Shown in pieces: positions 9,621-18,701 of a stretch of DNA of 64,000 nt. Within the stretch, counting starts at the first letter, position 1. Each line of letters opens with the position of its first letter. The notes below the pieces were generated by a model. The model had not been told where the DNA came from. It was given only the letters and a program-made list of their open reading frames with translations, and did not search any database. The DNA is from Candidatus Woesebacteria bacterium GW2011_GWB1_39_10. GTDB taxonomy: Bacteria > Patescibacteriota > Microgenomatia > UBA8517. The position numbers and the translations under genes are program-made. The stretch is from NCBI GenBank assembly GCA_000993205.1, contig LBVU01000004.1:124113-188112 (forward strand). Direction: 5' to 3'.

Positions 9621-10714
9621 TTTACTCCTTCATTATATACTTCAAGTGTTTGTTTGGCAGTCGCCTCCCAAGAGAATTGTTTAACTCTCTCAAACCCATC
9701 CGTAATCAATCGTTTAGGTCCACGTAGCGCCTTAGTAATTCCTTCGGCAATAGAGTTGATGTCATATGGGTCCACCAGTACCGCAGCTCCTCCTGCGACC
9801 TCAGGCATCGAAGAAATATCAGACGTAACCACAGGAGTTCCACAGGCAAATGATTCTAGGATCGGCATTCCGTAACCCTCATACAATGATGGATAAACTA
9901 AAACCTCTGCCCCGGAATAAAAAACCGGTAATTCATTAAAAGAGACATGTCCCGCAACCCTTATATTTCTGGTTTCTTCAATTTTAGAGTATTTAGAATG
10001 TCCGACAAAAACGAGCTTCAGATCCATTCCCGCTCCTGCCAAATCAAAGGCTTTAATAATCCTATCGGTGTTTTTCCTTACGTTTATTCCTACCGCCAAA
10101 ACGTATTTACCAGATATTTTGTACCTTTTCTTTAACTTTTCGATTTCGTAATTCGTAGATGGTTTAAAAATGTTTGCCGGGGCTTCCGGAATCACTCTAA
10201 CAATATCACCTGTAAAACCCAAATTAATCAGATCGTTTTTAGTCGCAACCGACGGCACAACTATTCTCTCAGATTCTTTTTTTACCCACGAAAGCCTTAA
10301 TTTGTGTGTTTGAACAATGTCCCGAATTGTATCCCTTGGAAACAAGTTGGGATGCAGAATGGGAGCAAGGTCGTGAATGGTTGTTACTTTAAATGCTCTG
10401 GAAGGAGGCTCTGTCCAATCGGAAGTGTGGAGAACATCAACCGACCCCAACAGCTTTTCGATGGGCATCGTGTGAAGTTTGTTCCAAACCAGATTTGCAA
10501 ATATAGGAGGGTAGGCAAATATTTTAGATTGGACATTGGAAGCCCTAAAGCTCTGTGCTAAATGTTGAAGTTCCTTGTATCTTCTTAAAGACCCTCCAAA
10601 TAAAAGGTAGTCATTATTTTTGTCAAGAGACAAAAGCCCTTGCACTAAACTCTTAGTATAGGTAGAAACTCCGGTTCCAAAGATTGCCTGGGAAATATCA
10701 ATTGCTATTCGCAT
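9617..10714 (-). CDS. Glycosyltransferase family 4
   Basis: MRIAIDISQAIFGTGVSTY...YEGYGMPILESFACGTPVVTSDISSMPEVAGG. 4-bp overlap with the downstream gene. Confidence 0.85.
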   Translation of the reverse strand: MRIAIDISQAIFGTGVSTYTKSLVQGLLSLDKNNDYLLFGGSLRRYKELQHLAQSFRASNVQSKIFAYPPIFANLVWNKLHTMPIEKLLGSVDVLHTSDWTEPPSRAFKVTTIHDLAPILHPNLFPRDTIRDIVQTHKLRLSWVKKESERIVVPSVATKNDLINLGFTGDIVRVIPEAPANIFKPSTNYEIEKLKKRYKISGKYVLAVGINVRKNTDRIIKAFDLAGAGMDLKLVFVGHSKYSKIEETRNIRVAGHVSFNELPVFYSGAEVLVYPSLYEGYGMPILESFACGTPVVTSDISSMPEVAGGAAVLVDPYDINSIAEGITKALRGPKRLITDGFERVKQFSWEATAKQTLEVYNEGVK

Positions 10715-11999
10715 ATTTGTAAAAAACTACTCCGTTAAAGTTGGATTCCTGCGTCCTATTATAACCTAAACTTTCGATTTTCAGTCTCACAGAATCTTTT
10801 GGATCAAATATTTCCCAAACATACCTTGATAGCCAGATTTCAGTGTCACTCTTGCTAAGATCAGAGGTGCTCACAATCTGTCCACTCTTGCCGTAATAGA
10901 TCAATGCTTCTTTCTGTGAATTTGCCGGTAAAATTATCTTTTGATCTCCTATAGCATTTGCCGCACTCCTCCAATCTTCTCTTTGAAATCTGAAATCAGT
11001 TAAATAATAAAAAGTGCTCAGAATATTAACTGAAATTACTAAAACTAATAATATTTTTGAAAATTTTCCGGATTTTTCGACTCCTTTCGAAACCAACAAA
11101 CAAAATGCCGGCAAACAGAAAAGGAACCTGAAATATGCAAGCGTGGGTATTTTAAAACTAATCAAGACTCCGAGTACAATCGGCAACACAAACCAACCAC
11201 AAAGTAATCTGGAGCTTTTTCTAGCCTTGTATAATAGAAAGCCGAACAAACATATTCCAGCCGATGAAATCGCTGCATATAACAATTTATCATCGAAGCT
11301 AATTCTTCCAAAAATAAATTTAATTGGTATCAAGACTGTATTTTTAAAATTAGCTGGACCTAAAATATTCCACCAGGCAGAGTCCTTTAGAGAAATCCCG
11401 GACATGAGCTGTTTTTGAAATATTGGTAACCAAACAGCAAATACCGCAAGCATTGGAATATGACTTAATGCTAATTTTTTCCAATCTTTCAAACTAAAGA
11501 CCCAGAAAACCGGAATTACTAAAAGTGATGCATAATCCGTCATCGAAAGCATTGCCAAAATAATCGAGAAGTAAATCCACCTTTTTTCTAAAAATAAATA
11601 TATCAATACGGAAACCAACAGTGCGGCCAACGAATACATTCTTGCTTCTTGCGAATAATAAATATGCAGTCCCGAAATTGTCAAAAGTACCGAAGCGGTC
11701 AAACCAATATTTTTACTGAAAAGTTTTTTACCGACCAAATAAACTAGATAAACTGTTAAAATTCCAAAGATTATCGAAGGAGTGCGCAACGCAAGCTCCG
11801 AGTATCCAAAAAACCCCGACCAGAATTTTAAAACTAAATAATAAAAAGGGGGGTGGAAATCACCCGGCAAAAATTTAGTGAAAATATCACCTATGGGCAT
11901 TTTTGCAACCAACGCGCTGGTTGCCTCATCAAGCCATAAAGATTGATTCAGAGAAATCAAACGGAGAATCAACCCAAGGATAAGAATCAGGTATATCAT
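10698..11999 (-). CDS. ArnT/PMT_2-family GT-C glycosyltransferase (polyprenyl-phosphate-sugar-dependent)
   Basis: LWLDEATSALVAKMPIGDIF...PPFYYLVLKFWSGFFG aligns with the ArnT N-terminal loop (WQPDETRYAEISREML...KPIAGYWINSIGQWLFG). 433 aa, more than 10 TM helices. Confidence 0.8.
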   Translation of the reverse strand: MIYLILILGLILRLISLNQSLWLDEATSALVAKMPIGDIFTKFLPGDFHPPFYYLVLKFWSGFFGYSELALRTPSIIFGILTVYLVYLVGKKLFSKNIGLTASVLLTISGLHIYYSQEARMYSLAALLVSVLIYLFLEKRWIYFSIILAMLSMTDYASLLVIPVFWVFSLKDWKKLALSHIPMLAVFAVWLPIFQKQLMSGISLKDSAWWNILGPANFKNTVLIPIKFIFGRISFDDKLLYAAISSAGICLFGFLLYKARKSSRLLCGWFVLPIVLGVLISFKIPTLAYFRFLFCLPAFCLLVSKGVEKSGKFSKILLVLVISVNILSTFYYLTDFRFQREDWRSAANAIGDQKIILPANSQKEALIYYGKSGQIVSTSDLSKSDTEIWLSRYVWEIFDPKDSVRLKIESLGYNRTQESNFNGVVFYKYANSN

Positions 12000-12832
12000 T
12001 TGGCACCCTTCTTTGTAAACAAATATTCCAAAATCCCCACAAATATTCCAAAATCATAAACAATTTTGAAAATCGTAAATCGTAAATCATAAATCTTAAA
12101 TCCTTTATACATTCCGATAACCAATGAGGTCGGGAAAAATGCTCTAATTAGTCCTCCCAGATACCCCAAATACCCAAATTTATATTTTCTTTTGCCCGCC
12201 CATTTGGCCTGGTCAAATATCTCAACTAAATCTTCCGGATTTTTGTGATAGAAAATTGCTCCATCCGCACTTACCGCCTCATACCCCAACTTTTTATAAA
12301 GGCTCCAGTCATCATCGTAACCTCCGGGGGTAAACCCCCCTACTCTGTCAAATTCACTTTTTAGAATTGCCCTAAAAACCGGCTGGTGGTTAGAGTAGTT
12401 TTTGGGGTGACGGCGTTTAGGTTCCCAACCTTCGTTAATATTCCAGCACGTGGCCCAAACATTGTCCCAATTGGCAACATATTCCTCCTTGCTAAATGTT
12501 CCCCTCGCCCTTCCTTTTTCGATCGGCGCCGTCAATTTCTTTAAAAAATCCTTATCAAAAGTCATATCAGCATCCACAAAAACCAATATCTTGCCCTTTG
12601 CTTTACTTGCCCCCAAGTTTCTCGCCGCCCCCGCCCCACCATGCTCTGCATGGAATTTTCGAATTTCGAATTTCGAATTTCGAATTTCTGACAACAACTT
12701 CCAGGTGTTGTCAGTCGATCCATCATCCACAACAATCACTTCAAAATCACCATACGTTTGAAGACCCAACGACTCCAAACAGGCTTCCAAGTTTTGTCTT
12801 TCATTGTAGGTTGGAATTATTATCGAGATCAT
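11996..12832 (-). CDS. Glycosyltransferase family 2 containing in-frame heptanucleotide tandem repeats
   Basis: MISIIIPTYNERQNLEACLESL...VIVVDDGSTDNT...ILVFVDADMTF. The coding sequence contains (gaatttc)x4-5 at 12653-12688 and a (aaatcNt)x5 array plus a 20-bp duplication at 12019-12104. Confidence 0.85.
   Translation of the reverse strand: MISIIIPTYNERQNLEACLESLGLQTYGDFEVIVVDDGSTDNTWKLLSEIRNSKFEIRKFHAEHGGAGAARNLGASKAKGKILVFVDADMTFDKDFLKKLTAPIEKGRARGTFSKEEYVANWDNVWATCWNINEGWEPKRRHPKNYSNHQPVFRAILKSEFDRVGGFTPGGYDDDWSLYKKLGYEAVSADGAIFYHKNPEDLVEIFDQAKWAGKRKYKFGYLGYLGGLIRAFFPTSLVIGMYKGFKIYDLRFTIFKIVYDFGIFVGILEYLFTKKGAK
12019..12104. repeat. Direct repeats at the 3' end of the GT2 gene: 20-bp duplication (acaaatattccaaaatc...) and (aaatcgt / aaatcat / aaatctt / aaatcct) x5
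   Basis: Read directly at 12019-12055 and 12070-12104. Encodes the C-terminal KIYDLRFTIFKIVYDFGIFVGILEYLF segment. Confidence 0.85.
12653..12688. repeat. Heptanucleotide tandem repeat (gaatttc) x4 perfect, plus one imperfect unit, inside the GT2 coding sequence
   Basis: Sequence ggaattttc gaatttc gaatttc gaatttc gaatttc tg read directly. It encodes EIRNSKFEIRKFH between the DDGSTD and ARN motifs of the GT2. Confidence 0.9.
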
Positions 12833-12890
12833 CTGAGCTTCAATTATATACTCCTTTGAATAAATACATACAGAGGGTTAAAATGTCAGA

Positions 12891-13544
12891 ATGAGAAAAT
12901 CAAATCAGGTGGGGGCACATTTCGATAAAATTGCAAATTCTTATGATTTATATAAAAAAAATAACCAATACTATTACGACAACCTCAAAATACTTCTTGC
13001 GTCGTTCATTCACTCAAAATCAAAGGTATTAGAGATCGGTTGCGGCACCGGCGACCTGATTGCTTCTCTCAAGCCTGAGTATGGAATGGGCTTTGATATA
13101 AGCAATAAAATGATCGCTATCGCAAAAAGAAAACATAGAAATATTCATTTTTCAACGCATTGGCCAAAACAAAAATTTGATTACATTTTTATGAGTGATG
13201 TAGTAGAACATCTTGAATATCCGGACGAAACATTTCGTAAAATTTCCAAGCTCATGAATTGTAAATCTATATTTATTTGCACCATGGCAAATCCGAAACT
13301 GGAGCCAATTTTGATGATCGCAGAAAAAATGAAATTAAAAATGCCGGAAGGACCACATTATAGAATTAAGTACAAGGATCTAAGATCGATGATTGAAGAT
13401 TCCGGAATGGAAATAAGAGAGCACAATTTTAAACTTTTAATACCAATCAAAATTCCGCTTATTACCTATTTTGCAAATAAATATTTGGAGAGGTTTTTTA
13501 GAAAATACGCATTTATTGAATACTTTACGGCTACCAAGTCTTAA
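12891..13544 (+). CDS. Class I SAM-dependent methyltransferase
   Basis: Motif I VLEIGCGTGDL. Motif II region DYIFMSDVVEHL. 217 aa. Confidence 0.85.
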   Translation: MRKSNQVGAHFDKIANSYDLYKKNNQYYYDNLKILLASFIHSKSKVLEIGCGTGDLIASLKPEYGMGFDISNKMIAIAKRKHRNIHFSTHWPKQKFDYIFMSDVVEHLEYPDETFRKISKLMNCKSIFICTMANPKLEPILMIAEKMKLKMPEGPHYRIKYKDLRSMIEDSGMEIREHNFKLLIPIKIPLITYFANKYLERFFRKYAFIEYFTATKS

Positions 13545-14697
13545 ACTCTTTAAAAGCGGAGGCAGCTGTAGCAAGAAGCATTAATCCGTGTTTAAATCTC
13601 CTAATATTGGTTGCCCCATATACTCTTTCTTTATATCTAACCGGAATTTCCACAACTTTCAGATTATTTCTGACTGCGCCAAATATCAAATCAAAATCTC
13701 CAAAAGGATCAGACTTTGAGTGTTTAAAATTCATATAATCTTTTCGGAAAAAGGCTTTCGTTCCACAAAGAGTATCTTTAAATCTCTGTCCCAAGATCCA
13801 GGAAAATATTAAGCTGAACATTTTGTTACCGATTTTGTTTAATGTCTGCATGGCTTGGGCTTCCATGGGGTAAACCAGCCGGCTGCCGTTGGCAAATTCT
13901 CCGACTCCGTCGGATAGGGCGTTGTAAAATTTATTCAAGTCACTGCCGTCCACAGTCCTGTCCGCGTCATATATCATTAATATTTCATTTGATGCTTTTG
14001 AAAAACCCATTCTTACGGCATCTGCTTTTCCAATTCCCTTCTGTTTAAAAACTTTTACATTTCCATGCTTGGCCGCCACTTTTTTGATTTCGTCCCATGT
14101 TGCGTCATTCGAATGTCCTTCAATAAATATGTACTCTTGAGCTTTCCCAAAAATGGGAATTGAGGGAATAATTTTTGCGATATTCTTTTCTTCGTTCCTT
14201 GCCGGAATGATTATGGAAACTGAATATTTTTTAGCCCCAATTGGCTTGGGCCTGGCAATAACCAGAGTTATTAAACAAAAATTATTTAATATGGGCAAGT
14301 TTGCCAGATATTTATTGAAAAATTCCGTGATCAAGGGAATTATGACGGGTATTAGAACTCTTTTTTGTGTACTAATTACCTCAAATCCGGCGAGGTTTAA
14401 AAGTCCCGCCAAGTCGTATTCGTCTAACCAGTTTTGAGTACCAACAGTTCTTCTTAGCCCCAATTTTGACGCAAAAGATAAGAGCGGTTCCCAAAGATGA
14501 TTGTAATATGTTATTAGGATTCTAGTGTTTTCCGGTTTTGCCTTGTGAAGTTTTTCAAAATATTTTTGCAAATCGGGAGTACTCCCGATCACATTGTCCA
14601 AAACCACAACATTTTTTCCTTTCCGACCACCCAAGAATCTTTTGTGAATTTTTAGAAGTTCTTTTTTATAAAATTTTTGAAAGATATTGTCCGCCAT
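13531..14697 (-). CDS. GT2 glycosyltransferase (DPM1/GtrB-like catalytic domain) fused to an N-terminal methyltransferase-like domain with a degenerate SAM motif
   Basis: The C-terminal half has YSVSIIIPARNEEKNIAKII...MIYDADRT..GTKAF. The N-terminal roughly 150 aa align with the neighbouring methyltransferase: ILITYYNHLWEPLLSFASKLGL versus IFICTMANPKLEPILMIAEKMKL, and KRVLIPVIIPLITEFFNKYL versus FKLLIPIKIPLITYFANKYL. Motif I is replaced by VVVLDNVIGSTPD. Confidence 0.8.
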   Translation of the reverse strand: MADNIFQKFYKKELLKIHKRFLGGRKGKNVVVLDNVIGSTPDLQKYFEKLHKAKPENTRILITYYNHLWEPLLSFASKLGLRRTVGTQNWLDEYDLAGLLNLAGFEVISTQKRVLIPVIIPLITEFFNKYLANLPILNNFCLITLVIARPKPIGAKKYSVSIIIPARNEEKNIAKIIPSIPIFGKAQEYIFIEGHSNDATWDEIKKVAAKHGNVKVFKQKGIGKADAVRMGFSKASNEILMIYDADRTVDGSDLNKFYNALSDGVGEFANGSRLVYPMEAQAMQTLNKIGNKMFSLIFSWILGQRFKDTLCGTKAFFRKDYMNFKHSKSDPFGDFDLIFGAVRNNLKVVEIPVRYKERVYGATNIRRFKHGLMLLATAASAFKEFKTW

Positions 14698-15645
14698 CTA
14701 TTTTCTAAGTAAACCAATGCCTGTTTCTATATCAATTTTGGCTTTCCAGGAAATTATCTTTTGTGCAAGGTGGCTATCGGAATATTTCCTTCTTTCTTCA
14801 TATTCCCCCCGGGGGTTGGGACGGATGTATATCGTCTTCCCTCCAATTATTCCAACCAGATCGTTTACAGAAACTTCTTTACCAAAACCGATATTCAATA
14901 TTATGTTTTTACCTTTTACAAGCGGGTTTTTCATCGCCTTATAATTTGCGGCAACTACATCATCAATATATGTATAATCTCTTGTTTGTTTCCCGTCACC
15001 AAAAACCGTCAGATTTTCATCCCGATCGGAAGACTTAAGAAACTTACCGATTACCAATGAATATTCTCCCGTATCGGGCTGCCTTTTGCCATAAACATTA
15101 AAATATCTAAGGGAGGCAACCCTAAGCCCGAATTTATCTGCATAAAATGTGCAATACATTTCAGACATCAGTTTTTGGATTGCATAATGAGAAATGGGAT
15201 TCGGGATCATCTTTTCATTCATCTTGGCAATTTTTTGCAATCCATAAACGCTTGATGATGATGAAAATATAAATTTTTCCACTTGTGTAACTTTGGCCGC
15301 TTCAAGCATTGAAAGCGTCGCTCTAACGTTCGCCTCGTGAGTGCCGACGGGATCATCTACCGATCTTAATATTCTGGGAAGGGCGGCAACATGATGAATT
15401 GTCGCAGGTTTAATTTTTGCCACCAGTTCAGAAACTTTTTTTGCATTGGTCAAATCAACCAGAACAAAATTAGCTTTTGGATTCACGAATTCCCTTCTTC
15501 CTGAAGAAAGATTGTCAAACACATAAACCTTGTAACCCTTCTCTATGAGAAAGTCTACAAGGTTGCTGCCGATAAAACCTGCGCCGCCTGTCACAAGGAC
15601 ACAAGGATTAGAAACTTTCGAGTAATTTTTCATATTGAAGCGCAA
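14698..15645 (-). CDS. NAD-dependent epimerase/dehydratase (extended SDR, UDP-hexose 4-epimerase-like)
   Basis: VLVTGGAGFIGSNLVDFL Rossmann motif, SSSSVYG, and catalytic YxxxK (YAIQK). The likely start is the internal Met at MKNYS. Confidence 0.85.
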   Translation of the reverse strand: MRFNMKNYSKVSNPCVLVTGGAGFIGSNLVDFLIEKGYKVYVFDNLSSGRREFVNPKANFVLVDLTNAKKVSELVAKIKPATIHHVAALPRILRSVDDPVGTHEANVRATLSMLEAAKVTQVEKFIFSSSSSVYGLQKIAKMNEKMIPNPISHYAIQKLMSEMYCTFYADKFGLRVASLRYFNVYGKRQPDTGEYSLVIGKFLKSSDRDENLTVFGDGKQTRDYTYIDDVVAANYKAMKNPLVKGKNIILNIGFGKEVSVNDLVGIIGGKTIYIRPNPRGEYEERRKYSDSHLAQKIISWKAKIDIETGIGLLRK

Positions 15646-16534
15646 TTATATCCCATTCAAATTTTTTTGCTTGTCGAATTGCTTTTTCAGACCATTTACC
15701 CTCCAAAACTGTTTTAATAGCCTTCGCATAGCCGGCAGTATCGGTGGGGTCAACTAATATCCCAGCATCACCAACAATTTCTTTTCTTATCGAATCATCT
15801 GTAGCTACAACCGGAAGGCCGGACGCCATTGCCTCTACCAATACATTTCCAAACGACTCAGATAATGCCGAGGGAAGGGTAAATACATCTGCCGCCCGGT
15901 AAACTTCAGGCATTTTCTCAAACGGAACACTCATTAATTTGAATCCATCACCCAATAATCGTTTACCTTCCTCACGAAGTTTTTCCTTTAAATCCCCGCC
16001 CCCGCCGACCATTAACAAACTCGCTCCAATCTTGGCCACAGCTTTAATCGCCAGATCCATTCTTTTTTGTTCAGTAAATGCCCCGACTGCTAAAACAATT
16101 GGCTTTTTTAAACTAACATGCAAGGACTGTCCTTGCATGTTAAATTTCTTAAGATCGACACCGTTGGGAATATAAACAGATTTTACAAAGGGATTGACTC
16201 CCTTTGCCCAAATTAACGCTTTAGTAGAAAGAGCGACGAAGATGTCCGGAAAACAGTAGAGATTAACTCTGTCATCCAAACCTTTCCCGGATTGACCCGA
16301 AACAATCATTTTTGCACCTGTCAGCCATGTAATAATTCTTACGATAACTACCTGTAAACGACCGTTTGTAGGAATTATTACATCGTATTTTTTCTTTAAC
16401 ATGTCAAAATAATTTACCTTTGAGATAGTATCAACTTCGTGATTTTTGGACAAACGTTTGGAAAGTTCGTATACAAAAGTTTCAGCCCCCCTATAAACTT
16501 TGTTTTGATAAATATTTATAAATGCTATCTTCAT
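15608..16534 (-). CDS. Glycosyltransferase family 4
   Basis: SESFGNVLVEAMASGLPVVATDDSIRKEIVGDAGILVDP. Confidence 0.85.
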   Translation of the reverse strand: MKIAFINIYQNKVYRGAETFVYELSKRLSKNHEVDTISKVNYFDMLKKKYDVIIPTNGRLQVVIVRIITWLTGAKMIVSGQSGKGLDDRVNLYCFPDIFVALSTKALIWAKGVNPFVKSVYIPNGVDLKKFNMQGQSLHVSLKKPIVLAVGAFTEQKRMDLAIKAVAKIGASLLMVGGGGDLKEKLREEGKRLLGDGFKLMSVPFEKMPEVYRAADVFTLPSALSESFGNVLVEAMASGLPVVATDDSIRKEIVGDAGILVDPTDTAGYAKAIKTVLEGKWSEKAIRQAKKFEWDIIALQYEKLLESF

Positions 16535-17922
16535 ACGTCCCCCTTTTTATACCAAACTTCAACTCCTGATCTTGTATTTTCTTTATGTACGTAATTTTTC
16601 GATATCCACTCAAAGATTATTTTGGGTTGGTAAGTTCCTAAATCAAACCAATTTCCAGGTGTAGGTGGTGTCCAGAAAATAATTTTTGGCGGGTTGGTCT
16701 CCCACCCCGCAATTACTTTTTCTTGCAAACCCGGAACTTCAAAATGCCAAACATAATTTTCAATCCAAGGTTTTGGTGGGATTCTACCGGCGTAAACATA
16801 TATTACAGAGTTTGGTCCTAATAAATAAATTTCATCGTTTGAGGTAGTAACCGAAACTATGTATTGAGCTAGTTGAATTTCGCTGTTTCCATAAAACCTG
16901 ACCACATCATTGAATTCAGGTAATATAAGTCTATATCTGTACAGACCTACATAAAACAAGGCCAATAATGCGAATGTCAAAAACATTTTATTCTTTTGCG
17001 ATATCAAAAATACAACCGCTATAACAAAGAAAGCTAAGAATGGCTGTAGATGAAAAAAGGAAAATCTGGGAAATGCTGATACAAGTAATGTTGACATGAC
17101 ACCGTAAATAAGTATTGTTTTAATATCATAAGTTTTCTTCCGAATACTTGACAATACCGCCGGAAGCGGAGAAATCATCATTAAAATTATTACAAGCAAT
17201 TCTTTTTTACCCGGCAGAATTTTATATCCCGAAAATTCAGGTAGCCAGAAAAGCGGAAATTGAAAGGTCCAGAAAAGATAATCATTAAAATCACCTTTAA
17301 GTACTAAAAGGAAAATCAACCCCAATAATGGAATCGTTCCCCCTGCAGCAAAAATTACAAACTCTTTAAATGAAATCTTTTTAGCCAAAAGGTAAACAAA
17401 AATCGGCAATCCCGCCAGTACCGCCTGTTGCTTTATCAGGCAAGCCAGAGCAAGAAAAAATCCTGAAAGGAAGATATCCTGCCATTTATTTTTGAACGGC
17501 CGTTTGGAAACAAAATAGACTGATAAAAGAAGTGGAATAATCATGGCAATATCGAACCACATCATATTTCCCTCAAATAGAGGCTGGAATACAATATATA
17601 AGCCCAATGGAATTAACGATACCCATTTGTTTTTAAATAACTGTTTTGAAACAACGAAAATCAGCAAATCGATTATTAATATCGATATCCATGTAAATAT
17701 CTTAAGCGATTCCGGAGAAAAACCTGCAAATTTGTAATACATAAGTAAAATAAAAGTCAGTAGCGGTTGGTAAACGTGGTGAAAATCCTTGTATATCAAA
17801 AAACCTTTATCAACCATGTACGGGAACGAGAGCATTTCCGGCCAGGCGGTAAACTGCAGTCTTGAAAGAATAAACAGGTGTATCCCTAAAAGTCCTAATA
17901 ATGTTACGTATATTCTTTTCAT
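16531..17922 (-). CDS. Polytopic membrane protein, probable GT-C-type glycosyltransferase of unassigned family
   Basis: 463 aa, at least 10 hydrophobic helices, with a conserved-looking first loop (PYMVDKGFLIYKDFHHVYQP). No soluble catalytic domain is present. Embedded among glycosyltransferase genes. Confidence 0.4.
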   Translation of the reverse strand: MKRIYVTLLGLLGIHLFILSRLQFTAWPEMLSFPYMVDKGFLIYKDFHHVYQPLLTFILLMYYKFAGFSPESLKIFTWISILIIDLLIFVVSKQLFKNKWVSLIPLGLYIVFQPLFEGNMMWFDIAMIIPLLLSVYFVSKRPFKNKWQDIFLSGFFLALACLIKQQAVLAGLPIFVYLLAKKISFKEFVIFAAGGTIPLLGLIFLLVLKGDFNDYLFWTFQFPLFWLPEFSGYKILPGKKELLVIILMMISPLPAVLSSIRKKTYDIKTILIYGVMSTLLVSAFPRFSFFHLQPFLAFFVIAVVFLISQKNKMFLTFALLALFYVGLYRYRLILPEFNDVVRFYGNSEIQLAQYIVSVTTSNDEIYLLGPNSVIYVYAGRIPPKPWIENYVWHFEVPGLQEKVIAGWETNPPKIIFWTPPTPGNWFDLGTYQPKIIFEWISKNYVHKENTRSGVEVWYKKGDV

Positions 17923-18701
17923 TTATTTTTGGCAATTATACTCATGCTATCACCCATATTTAATAAGGTTGCTAGAAAAGAATAGGGCAAGAATAAAATG
18001 TTAACAAAAAAACGTTTTTTGAAAATAGAAAATGACTGCCACAATTCCGATAGTGGATTGGCGAACTCAAAAAGACCGGATCTGCTTTCAAAATGGATTA
18101 TTTTAAATTTCGCGTTTATAATTTTCTTGGAAAGCGAGTCTTTAGTAAACTGGTAGTTGTGTTCATTGGGCAATTTTAGCGTCCATTTATCCCCCATTAT
18201 TTTTGACCCTAAACCACCAGCGTTGGGAACATCAACGTATAATATTCCGCCTTTTTTCAAAATTCTATGTATTTTTTTTAAAATCAAATCGGCATCATCG
18301 ACATGTTCCAGAGTGTGGTTCATTATCACCAAATCAAAAGAATTATCGGGAAAAGATGATTTTTCAAAATATATTCTCGAAATCTTATGTCCCTTTCTTT
18401 CCGCCGTCATACCCGATTCGGATGGTTCAACACCAAAAGTTTGCCACCCACGTTCTTTGCAAATATCCAGAAAGACTCCATTTGAACAACCAATATCTAA
18501 AACTTTACCCCTCGAAGCCCTGAGCAAAGTCGAATGGGCGAAGTGGGGCCATATTATATTAAAACGCTTTAAAAATATATTTCTAAACAATCTCTCGTTT
18601 TCAATATAGTCCGTATCCCTGTGATAATTATTATAGTTAGTACCCATGTTTTTGAAATCTAAGTAGTGTCCGTCTATATATTTTACGTAACGGGGTTTCA
18701 A
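17919..18701 (-). CDS. Class I SAM-dependent methyltransferase
   Basis: VLDIGCSNGVF motif I, DLVIMNHTLEHV motif II, and GGILYVDVPN. Confidence 0.85.
   Translation of the reverse strand: MKPRYVKYIDGHYLDFKNMGTNYNNYHRDTDYIENERLFRNIFLKRFNIIWPHFAHSTLLRASRGKVLDIGCSNGVFLDICKERGWQTFGVEPSESGMTAERKGHKISRIYFEKSSFPDNSFDLVIMNHTLEHVDDADLILKKIHRILKKGGILYVDVPNAGGLGSKIMGDKWTLKLPNEHNYQFTKDSLSKKIINAKFKIIHFESRSGLFEFANPLSELWQSFSIFKKRFFVNILFLPYSFLATLLNMGDSMSIIAKNK

Noticed and set aside
12653-12688. CRISPR array
   Set aside because: The repeats are 7 bp in direct tandem with no spacers. No cas genes are present anywhere in the window.
12450-12894. Two overlapping plus-strand ORFs (103 and 132 aa) with Pro-rich and ISNFEFRISNFEF translations
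   Set aside because: They are produced by the heptanucleotide repeat and GC-rich antisense codons of the GT2 gene. The minus-strand GT2 has complete canonical motifs.
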